Positions 50,170-64,000 of a DNA stretch of 64,000 bases are shown here, one piece after another. Position numbers and translations under genes: made by a program. Under the pieces are notes generated by a model. It was not told where the DNA came from. It worked only from the letters and a program-made list of their open reading frames with translations, and searched no databases. Source of the DNA: Trichosphaerium sp. ATCC 40318 (taxonomy: Eukaryota > Protista > Tubulinea); the NCBI GenBank assembly GCA_038496445.1, contig JALMLS010000577.1, positions 806,001 to 870,000 on the forward strand. Direction: 5' to 3'. Positions within the stretch are counted from its first letter, which is position 1; each line of letters starts with the position of its first letter.

Positions 50170-51467
50170 ATGGAAAAGAAAGGCACGATATTCGTCTCCA
50201 TACCTAGTTATAGAGATCCAGGCAAGCTACAACGAAATTCTCCCGTTAACGGCCTTAGAATGCCAATACACCATAAAGGATCTATTCAACAAAGCAAAGC
50301 ATCCAGAGAACATCTCTGTTGGTGTATGCTTACAAGTCAGTGATACAGAAGATGCTCACTGCTTCACAGATTGGCCCCAATCAGTACCTGGAGACGTACG
50401 CGCTGAAAATACCGTTGTTTTTGCTCTTATTAGTATCCTAGCTACGAATAAAGCGTGTAGACTATAAAACAGCCACAGGTCCATGCTGGGCGCGTCATGA
50501 GGCCCAAAAATTATGGTATAAGCGCTTTATGACACTTTGAATTACTATTCTGTTTAACTGACGTTTGATTTTTAGGCAACAAGAAGAATACCATCTAGCA
50601 ATTGATAGCCACATGCGTTTTGCACGTGATTGGGATATATCCCTCATCAACCTCTTGGCTAAGTGCCCATCTAAGAAACCAATCCTAACAACCTACCCAC
50701 CTTACTACAAACAGCCTAACAAACTATCCACGTAAGCAACAAAACAGTCATCTATTCTGTGCCTGATTCCAAATAAAAGTGAAACAAGACCGCCATTTAC
50801 TTGCTTGCGAGAGCTCGGTAAGGATGGTATGATTAGGCTACAAGGGCGCCTATTGGCAGGTATGAGGAATAAGCCAACACCATCACTATTCTGGGTGGCA
50901 GGTTACAGCTTCTCCAAAGCTGATGTGATACGCGTAAGATGAACTAATTAAAAAACTTGAGATAGTTAACTTTCACCTATTAAAGGAAGTCCCGTATGAT
51001 CCACATCTCCCTTTTCTGTTCTTTGGCGAGGAGAGTGCAATGGCAGCTCGTATGTATACAAACGGATGGGATTTCTTCGCTCCAGGTAAAAATATCATCT
51101 ATCACCTTTGGGAGCGCGATTATAGGCCAACGTTTCGTGAGAATAAAGGCACGATTGTGTACTAAGGCAATCGGTTAGATAACAATTTTTAGATCCTAGA
51201 CAAGAAGAAATAGACTCTAGAAACCGTATCAAGTACTTGCTGGGTATGATAGACGCCTTACCTGAACAATCAGCAATAGAATTCGAAAAATACGGATTGG
51301 GCTCTACACGTACTCTGGAAGAGTATCAAACTTACGCAGGCGTTAATTTTAAGACTGGTGAAGTTACTGATAGAGCAAAAAATGGAGGTTTAAGCGCTGA
51401 AGCATTTTATGATCACCAACTCGACTTGGTAACAAAGTTGATTATGCAAGCCCAAATAAAGCAGTAA
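50170..51467 (+). CDS. gnt1: [Skp1]-hydroxyproline GlcNAc-transferase-like (GT60, Gnt1 family); first intron GC-AG
   Basis: IFVSIPSYRDPEC, GPCWAR, IDSHMRF..DWD, TTYPP, FWVAGYSFS, EVPYDP.L..LFFGEE. Confidence 0.85.
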
Positions 51468-51520
51468 AAAAGCGATAATTAGACGCTCGGTGAAAAAAAA
51501 CGGCGAAACACCAAGGTGAC

Positions 51521-51995
51521 TTAGCGTTTTGGCGTAATTTTTATTCTTTGCGACACTTGATTTTTAATTGCTCTTTTTTCCTTTTTTTGTGGATTGTTGT
51601 GGTGCCTTCATAGCTTGATACAAGCGAATTGCGATGTAGAAGCCTACAATAATAAAGACGTGTATGCTGACCCATTCAAACAACAAATAGTAATCATCGG
51701 TGTCCCATTCATCATCCTACGAAGCATTTAGGAAAAATACTTCTATTACAAGCGTGGTACCTTGCCAAAGAGTCCTAGGATCTCTGACAGACCTGTAGAG
51801 GATTGTTAGCAAGAAATGAGTCTTTTGTGCGCTTTAAGCGCTCATACCAGTCAAACCAACTGATTTAACGTAGTGGGAAGCTTCAATAAACCTAGAAAGT
51901 GTATTGGTACAGTGATACTAATGGCACACGTACTGATTAGCTGCGCATTTAGCAATGGTGCAGAAGAAAACAACAAGAGCTACAAAGCTGTACAT
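51521..51995 (-). CDS. Hypothetical small single-pass membrane protein, 4 exons
   Basis: Signal-like N-terminus, TM helix and basic tail, joined by GT-AG introns. Confidence 0.5.
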
Positions 51996-52339
51996 AATGG
52001 GAGACAACAATAATACTGTGAAGGTCAAGCTCTTTCGTTGCTACAAGTGTCACTTAATGCCAAAATGCTTTTTGTCTCAAGTAATAGCGAATAAGTTGCC
52101 GGCATCATTCACGTGAAGACCACTTTTGTACGAATAGGAACCAGGTGCAAGTGAGTCGAAGTTATGAAAGCACGATAACTACAAAGCAACTGGGAGGGGT
52201 TGCGAGTACGATTCTTTCGATGAATGGGTGCACGTTTGAAGTAAAAAATGATGACGCTACAAATGACTTCAATGAATTTCACTGTCTCACAAGTCAATCT
52301 CCACACGGAAGCTAACCGAAGCTCTCGTTAGATAATATA

Positions 52340-55193
52340 ATGGCAGAAGATAACGAAAGCGATCTCGCTACTACCATCAATGTAGCGGATGTGAAGAAAA
52401 TGGTTGATAGAGCAGAGAGGAAGATTAAAAAATCAACGAACCCAAAACACATCAGGGAAGCACTGGTTGCTCTTTATAAAGCACAAGCTGTAGTACAAGC
52501 GGCACTGAAGTTATCCCAAAACAAAGGAAAGAAGCCTCTTGTTGATCTGGACAAGAGGATAGGAGGCACGTGGACTCCCACTGTATAATTACTCTGTACT
52601 GCAGATTTGCTTCAAAATTAAGCGAAGTAGAGTTTTTTTTGTCTACAATCATCTTTTTAGTCTCCGTGACACTAACGATAATAATTAGGTCTTATAGAAA
52701 CCAATCTAGATGAACTTGTACCTATTTTTTTATTATTTAGCAATTACTAATCTAACTTCTTGATCAGACATCGGGTCCTCCTGAATTAACGGCAGCAGGT
52801 AAAAATAAACACTTCAACTTTTAAACAAAAATAAAAAAAAAAAGAAAAACGCTTGGGGGAGAAAAGCGGCTTTAGTTGCCTTTTTTTAAACTCCTGTAGA
52901 TATAAAGTTTAAAAGAAACAGGCGCGGAAAGGATTTCTTGGGTGAGGGGAGTTTCGGTGAGGTGTACAAGGGCACATTAGCTGGTTCTAAAGTCGCAGTA
53001 AAGGTTCGCTTTTTTTAATCACGTGTCAGGAGCGAAAAAAACTAACCAGCACTTACACTCGGAACGTAATTAAATTGTATGGCGACTAACTTGTCTACTA
53101 GATACCTAATAAACATGTCGAAAATATGGAAGAATTCCGAAGAGAAGTACAGATCATGAGGAAGCTATTTCACCCTAACATAGTCATGGTAAGTTCGAAG
53201 TAACTTTTTCTTCATTTTTTTTTTCGTGAATAAGAGGATCCTCATCAAATTAATTTATTTTAGTTAATTGGTGCTTCTACAAACGAGAAAACAGGAGAAG
53301 TAGTTATCGTGAGCGAGCTCATGGATAAAGATCTTGAAAAGTTCCTAACTTCAGATCATTACTCCAAGGTAGACTTGGGTTTCCGTATAAGAGTAGCGAA
53401 GGATGTAGCTTTAGGTACAAATCGAACAAAGTTGTGTTATTTTTGATTTATCTAACCGTTTCCGTAAAGGTTTGAATTGGCTCAATCATCACTGTAATAT
53501 TGTACATCGTGATCTAAAACTCGGTAATATCTTACTGGATGAGCATGGTGTTGCTAAAATTGCCGATTTCGGTACGTCTTCAAAAATCAAAGCGGGTTTT
53601 TTTTTGAAAGGCACCTTCAAGAGACATGACTAATTAAAAATCTACTGATAGGTTTCAGTCAAGTAAAGAGTGCTATTGAAGATATTGATGGCGAAGCTAA
53701 CCCAAAGGGAAATATCTTGTACATGGTAAGCGAGTTTAAAATAATTTATTTCAATATTTTTTTTCTCTTTTTTATTAGTGAATTAATCACGTGATTAGGC
53801 GCCAGAGGTAATGATGGGCAAATCTTTTAATCAATCAGCAGATGTTTACAGGTACGAAATAGCGAATATTTTCGAAATATCACGTTTAAGCCATTTTAAT
53901 TCCTTTCTGACATTGATCAAATAGTTATGCATTGATTTTATGGGAAATCATCACTGGTAACTTGTGGGAGCCACCAGCAGATTATGCTCAAGCTGAAACT
54001 TACAAATACTTTATATGTGAGTTAAAAGAGCGTCCAGTTATTCCTAATAGCGTTCCTGGACCTCTAAAGGACTTAATACAGCGATGCTGGTACGTTATTT
54101 TTTAACGTTTTGTCTACTTTTTTTTTTTTCTTTTGACGTGGTTTCGACCTAAATCATCACCTAGGCATCCAAAACCAAGTCACCGTCCACAACTTCCTGC
54201 AATTATTGCCGAATTGAACGATGCTTACATTGATTTTAAGTTACCTAACAAACAAGCTGCCGCTTTCTGGAAGCGACACTTTTTTAACCGCGATAATGTA
54301 AGCCCAACTTCGTTTTAGGACTTTTTTTTACTTAGTCTTTGGTAGGCTTCCTTTGATGAATCTATTTCATGGAAGTACTTAAAGATGTTGCTTCGTGGCA
54401 CACTACCTGTAAGAGATACTGCAGGTACGTATAACAGTAATATTTCGGACAGTAGCCAAAAATATACAGCGCCTTTTTGCTTCTTTTTTTTTTGAGTTAA
54501 CATTTGTCTTTAAGGTTTGGAAGCTATGATGTGCTGGAGTTGGGGAGATGCGAAGCCTTCAGATACTCCAAAAGATACTGTGAGTATTGAAATGTTCGGA
54601 ACAATGCAGAAAATCTTTGGCAACTTTTTCTTGCGTAAGGAGTGCAATATTTTACACGAGGTAAGTCTCAGACAGTACATTTTCATGGTTTTTTTTCACG
54701 TGTTTTACTTGATTCTGACTTTTTTCATTAAGCTCACAAAATTGGTACACTTACCTGCTTTCCATGGCTTTGTAAATCGAGAAAAAGCGGAGTTCAGGAT
54801 TCGTGGACGTGGTCAAGGATTCTATTTAATAAGAATCAGGTAAGATTATCTTAGTACTTACTTTGATGCCTTGCTCACCGTTTGGTTTTAGTGACAGTGT
54901 TGCTGGTTATCCTCTTACCATCACGTATAAACCAGACGAGAAGGATATTGCAAATGCCCGTGTAAAAGTGTTTGCAAGCAGCAAAGATCCTTCCGTTTAC
55001 TATTACAAGGTTATTCCACGAGGTACGTTTTGGCGTAGACGACATTTTGATTAAAACCTAATGATTTCCTTCAGGTACCGAAGAGTCAGCTGCGCGACGA
55101 CACAGAAGTCTGAAGCGTGCTATCGACAGAGCCAAATCCATTAGCCTCAAAGATCCTTGTCCTAAATACCCACTGCCATCCTCGAATTACTAG
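52340..55193 (+). CDS. Shk-like tyrosine-kinase-like kinase with C-terminal SH2 domain, multi-exon
   Basis: [28 protein letters not shown]; FWK..F linker; SH2 FHG...GFYLIRIS. Confidence 0.88.
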
Positions 55194-55355
55194 GACCATG
55201 TAAGAGTTCAGGAAAAAAAACTCTCGTGCACACACGAGTTGTAGAGTAGTGAATAAATTATCAGCGTTTACTTTATTTGAATGAAAAAATGTTTTGCGTG
55301 GTATTTTGATACCTTCAAAGATACAAATCTAGATACATTCTAGGCCGTTGGCAGG

Positions 55356-58621
<3,266 letters not shown>

Positions 58622-59067
58622 TAAAATAGATAGACACAATCAAAAAAAGCAAAGGAGAAAAATAGCGTAAGATGTTTGCCCAAACTACCCCTGATCAAAG
58701 AGGTTGTTGTATTTGTAATAGATGTAAAAAAAAACAATGATAAAGTTTGAAAAAAAAAAACACTGTTCTAGTTATTTATATTTTCTATGGCACGTGATGA
58801 GCCTAATGAGACGGAACTATGATAATAGTAGGCATTTTGCCTCGGAAATGTTTCCGTGGATGAGGACAATCGGTTAATGCTAGGGTTTGCACTACTTTTC
58901 GCGAAATTGATTAGAGCCACGATTGACTAAATATGCGCTGTTTTATGCAAAAATGTACAAAACGCCTCCAAAACAACGGATTTCGAAGAAATAGACTGCC
59001 GCCTAATTTCGCGAAATGTAAAACAAAAAGCTGCTAATACAACTTCGTGATGACATTTACGTAGGCG

Positions 59068-62000
59068 GGCATTTATAGCCAGTGTCCTTCGTCCCCGAAA
59101 CAATTTCTTGCAGGAGCCAGCTTAGAGCATGGTGGTTGCCGAAACAACAACTACATTGACTGACCTCCGAGTCCGGTAACAAAGTACAAAGTCAGAGATA
59201 CTTTGAAATCTTCACAAGTGATAAGGTGCTTTGTGATTGTTTTTTCAACACAAACAAACAGAATTTATACTAGTCGAAAAAAACCAAAATAAAATTGTGG
59301 TACAAGCCCAATTTGTTTGATACAAGACTGCGTCATGAAAATAATTATCAAGAAAATAAAAAGCAAAGCGCTTTCATTTGGTCAATGACAAGATAACTGC
59401 TTTGCTTTAAAGAATCTCTTGTAATTCAAGAAGGTAGTATTGGTGTTGCCGGTATCCTTGTCCACTAGTACATTTTAGGTGTAGCATTGTTATGATTGTG
59501 CGTTATTTTATTGTCAAGATGTTTTGTAGTTAGATTGGACAACATTGTCAATATAAGGGAGACGCGCTTGGGAGGAAAGACACTCAGTCTTTGGTGGCTC
59601 TAGCGTAGCCACACGAGCGGATTTATTCTACATTTAAGAACACTCGTGTGAATTGCAAATGTGTTTGAAGGAAAAATAACGAAATAATTTTTACAAAAAA
59701 AAGAAAAAGGATTTTAGGGAGGGTGAGGGATGTTTTGATTGCTACTCGCCATTGTTGTTGTTGCCTATTGTGTCCTTCGATATTGACAGTCTTGTTCAGT
59801 CCAACCAAACGCTTGAAATGTTCCACATCTTCATTCATTTAAAAAAGTCCCTTCAAGTGCACATGCCAATTACGCAGTGAACAATTAAGAAGTCGGGGCA
59901 TTTATAGCCAGCGTCCTATCTCCAATACAATTTCTTGTAGTTGGAGCCTGAATTCTCATGGAAGTTCGCTGTAAAGCAGAACAATTGCATTGACCTACCC
60001 ACAAGGGCCAAACCAAAGTATCAAAGTCATAGATTCAATGGCAGCAACATACACTTGTAAAGGATTACTTTCAAAGTGGTTACAATTTTGTGTTAATTTG
60101 CTTTTACAGTGCTAAACTATTTCAAAAAAAAAATTGTGGTAACAAATCCTTTGAATACGTTTTGTTGTTAACTATACTCGAAGTTGAAAAGTTACGGATT
60201 GTGATTCTCATTGACAATATTAAAACAAAGCTTCTCGTAGAATTAGAAGAAAGCGGAAGAAATTACAAGTATGCTAAGGTGTTGTTATCACGAAAAAGAG
60301 CTTTCAGAAGTTAGTTTGAAAATTACCCAACCTCGTTACTCTTTAAAATTACAAAAACTACAATTTATTGTGAGAACGTTTCCGGTTTTCGGAAAGGTTG
60401 AACGCAAAATAAACCCAACTCATTAGTATCTAAAATGCAGCTCTTTCTTAGTTTACAAGGAGGTTTGTAGGAGGTTCTAGATGACCATAAACAAGTTCCG
60501 TTATTTTTTCGTACTACGAGAAAACTATCCACAACAGTCTTGCACAAGTCACTAAAATTATCAAACAAAACGAATTTGTAATTCCGAAAAATACCAACGT
60601 AATCCGCTATGAGTTAGTTGGTTTACGTAGAAAGCACAGGTCAAGCCAATCCCAGTCAAATGTTGCACAAAACACTTTCCACCAAAACTGCACAAGAATT
60701 CACCAACTATTTTACGGGTATTGTGCGTGTAGCTACAATCAGCCCCAGTAGCATGTTTTCTTAATTTGCGAACCTGGAACGCGGGTTAAAGAGTGCACGG
60801 TTTATTAACACACGTTTACCTTCTAGAACCTGTAATTGCTGAAGCCCAGGGATTTACGCGTGCAATGTAAATACGTACAAAAATAGAAAGTAGAATCTTC
60901 GAGCTGTTTTCAAGCCATTTGTACGTTTCAGCTTGAATTGTGCAATCAGAAGCTACTATTTGTGGATACGGCTTTGTACCCTAATAAGGAAGGTAAACCA
61001 ACTTTGAGAGCCATCGCTTTGCGATCTCTTTTTAACACTCACCTTTGTCTAACTGTTGCCGTTTGGTTGACTCCATTAACTATGACGCACATTTCGCATA
61101 TGAAAAGTACAAGCAAGAGAAATATACAAAACCACAAAAAAGCAATTGCAACATCAAAACCGTCACACTTTGTTGTTCTTCTCTTCCTCAAACCGAAAAT
61201 AGAAAGAAGTGTTTAGCTACTACTTCAACCTAAACTTGGCAATCAGTGTATATGAACATGAGAACAATAGATAGACGAACGCTATTTTGCCAATGAATGA
61301 AATACGAAATATTCCGTTTTTGTTTCAAAACTACAAAATAGCACAACGCTTGCAACACTTCCCCGTATTATAACATGAGCAAGTCAATCAACAGCATCGA
61401 TGCTATGGATCTAACAAGTCATGAAGAAGAGAAAAATTCACCAAAGCGTTCCCAACACAAGGTACAACGTTTCGTAGAAACAGAGCTCCTGGCTAATTTT
61501 TTTTAATAAAAGGGTTTCCAACAAACAACACTCCAATCGCTTCCGAAAGAACTCCTTCAAATTATTTTCGATCTTACGCCAAAGTATCCACGAGAGAGGT
61601 TTGCATTGACAAGTATAGAATGGCGGGACATTATCTACAAGTCTTTTGGGTATGCTCTTCTTGCGCAAGAAAGTTGTTGTTTGCACACTTTTTTTTCTTT
61701 CTAGAAAACTCATCTTTTTCGCTTTTGTTTTTCTTATATTTCTCTTTACGTATTCCTGAAACTGACAGAATTAGATACAAACATTTGACAGTAACTGAAA
61801 AAAACATTGATATTGCTGCTATGCCTGGTTTCTTACGCCACACTCTTCTACATGTTAAGCGACAAGTTACAATTGAAAACGGGAGGCGATTGGCTAGTGC
61901 TCAACACATTAACCTCTCCAGCGCTAGAGCAGCAGTTATTGATGAGTTTTTTAAGGCTCTCGGGCCTGTTCACACTGTTTTCTTGAATTACCGAAAGACT

Positions 62001-63900
62001 AGTTCCGAATCGTTGGTCAGATTGGGCAAAAAGAAACCTCTCACGGTGTCTTTAATGGGCAGCTATAACCTGGATTTAGATACTCTGAAAGCGTTTGAAG
62101 GCGTCCATACTATTTTTTTGGACCGCTGCATGCTTCTGAAAAGCGTCAATTGTCTAGCTGGGGTACATACTATCAGCCTACGGAATTGTAGCAACGTAGA
62201 ATACATCAGTGACTTGGTAGGTGTCCATACTATTGATTTGGCATTTTGTGTAAAAATAACCAACAAATCAATAATGGATTTGAAAGGCGTAAAGGTCATA
62301 AACTTGACTAATTGCTCAAAGATAACAAACCAAGGAATTAAATCTATCGGGCCTAACATACGCGAAATTAATCTGACAAACTTGCATCACGTTTCAGGTT
62401 CAATTTGCAAAGTACTTTATAACGCTGAAATAGTACACTTGCCTGGAAACGCCAAATTCCAAAACCACAACTTAGTACACCTCGAATCCATAAAAAAGAT
62501 TCACTTGAGCGGAAGATACATTTCCTCCAACAGTGCCAAGTTCCTACCTAGCGGAACTCGCGTTTCTATAGGTCGTGATTGTAGTGATAAGATGAGGAGC
62601 AGCTTTCCCTTTATTGGAGCGGATGACGAGTTCCCATATGGTTTACCATCCAATTAATTATTGTAAAGAGTTTGTAAACAAAACAGTAAACGATTTTATT
62701 CTTATTTAACGTCTTCTCTGTAATTATCAAGTTCTGAGAGTGAAAAATAAGGATTTTTTCAAAGAAGATTTTGTTGGGAAAATACCTCGGCCAGTCTTTA
62801 TTTCTACAATTAATTTCTTGTACAGGTTCTTGTGGGAGCTTTTTAGAAAACAAAAGTTCTATTTAGGATCTGAACCTACAGCACTTTTCTGAGACTCGCT
62901 CGTGTGGGGTGTTCTAGACAACATTTAATCTACAGAGAGTTATTGTATTACCCAACTAAAAACCTTGGAACAACTTTATTGTGCAGAATAGTTTTGGCTT
63001 ATGTAGAAAGCATAGATCAACATCAAGTGCTGTACAAATATCTCTCTCAACCGTCTCCAAAACTTTGTAATAAGTCACCATCTGTTTTGTGGGTTGTTGC
63101 AATCAGCTACAGTAGCATGTTTTATTAAAAACTAACCAATCAGCGGCATGTTTTCAACAAAAAAAAAAAAGAACAAAAGTTCCAAAAAGCTTGTCCTGTG
63201 CATGCGCCGTTACGTAAGTTTCTAATCGAGATTTTACAACCTAGAAGTCAGGCATTTATTTCCGTGACCTATCTCCAAGTACAATTTCTTGTAGGAGCCC
63301 GCTTCACGGGTGGTTTGCCGTAAAGCAAACATTTTCATTGACTAGCCTCATGGGCCAAACTAAAGTATCAAAGTCAGAGATACAATGGCTGCTACATGCA
63401 CAATAATGGATGTCTTTCTGGTGTACTTTACGAAGTTTACAACAACATTTTATATAGCCAAAAAAATTATAAAAAAAAAAAGCATCAGCGTTTGCGTTGA
63501 AAAGGAACGGAATTGAGTCATTTGCAAAAGGTACAAAACAAATATCAGGCCGTGTTGGACGTTGTAGCATACGAAATTGCAAGCTATTACTACAAAAAAT
63601 ATAATCTTGAGGGTGGCAATAGCGATGTTCAGACTACCACAGCTGTTCAAGAGTTCATATGTACTTTAGTTTTGTAGTTTTGTTAGAGCAATCTTTGGAT
63701 TTCACGTCAGAACCCTTCCAATCATTTTATTGGTCACCAACAAAATAAAACAAAACCGACACTGGTCTTTTTTTGGAATAGACCATACCGTCTTATCGTT
63801 AACAAAAACTCCACCTAGAATATGAAAACTGCACTTTCTGAGACGCCCGTGTAGGGGCGTAACCAACGCTAATCAACAGATTTTTAATATTTAACAATTT
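59068..63900 (-). repeat. Degenerate tandem array of ~0.83-0.95 kb units with a conserved structured core, interrupted by an F-box/LRR gene
   Basis: Cores at 59068-59200, 59897-60040 and 63251-63387 (partial at ~60790-60857); shared flanking blocks 60626-60760 ~ 63002-63125 and 59559/60466/62881/63831. Confidence 0.7.
61375..62657 (+). CDS. F-box/LRR protein with GVHTI repeats, two 5' introns
   Basis: Spliced MSKSINS...|GFQQTTLQSLPKELLQIIF...|IRYKHL, then LRRs (EGVHTIFL, LAGVHTISL, VGVHTIDL). Confidence 0.82.
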
Positions 63901-64000
63901 CACTGTTAATTATTTGTGAATAACGTTTCGAAAAACTTTGTTTGGGTTATCTTCAAGCTCATTTCGAGTACTCAACCAAACACCTCCTTCAACCTCATAG

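Noticed and set aside
59047-59163. Possible C/D box snoRNA (GTGATGA...CTGA)
   Set aside because: Boxes are not conserved in the paralogous cores and there is no terminal stem
59068-63387. Plus-strand resemblance of the repeat core to group I intron R/S elements (TCATTGACTA ... AAAGTC)
   Set aside because: No convincing P3/P4/P6 pairing, no host gene, and G.U pairs favour the opposite strand

Overview
Gene-dense, AT-rich eukaryotic genomic DNA from a protist, probably an amoebozoan (inferred from the Shk-type SH2 kinase, Gnt1, RWP-RK and receptor tyrosine-kinase-like genes). It uses the standard code and has many short spliceosomal introns, often with GTACG/GTAAG donors. About 30 genes can be spliced by eye, including NXF1, RPE, TFIIIA-like, RWP-RK, a Rab, tocopherol cyclase, GH16 and PL14 enzymes, FATP, two tandem receptor kinases, a 5'-nucleotidase, DUF302, F-box/LRR and F-box/MORN proteins, AMMECR1, TEN1, Gnt1, an Shk-like kinase and MCM3, plus a tRNA-Met. 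Highlights: (1) an intron-containing single-chain H2B-H2A histone doublet ending in an H2A.X-like SQ motif; (2) a previously unrecognised repeat family, arranged as ~0.9-kb tandem units at 59-64 kb with a dispersed copy at 41.7 kb, whose core folds into hairpins that are conserved despite sequence change; (3) strong enrichment of the (AT)CACGTG(AT) palindrome in introns and intergenic DNA; (4) an N-acylated, non-prenylated Rab1/8-like GTPase carrying a U12-type intron. Gene boundaries were spliced manually and some are approximate. No database searches were run.
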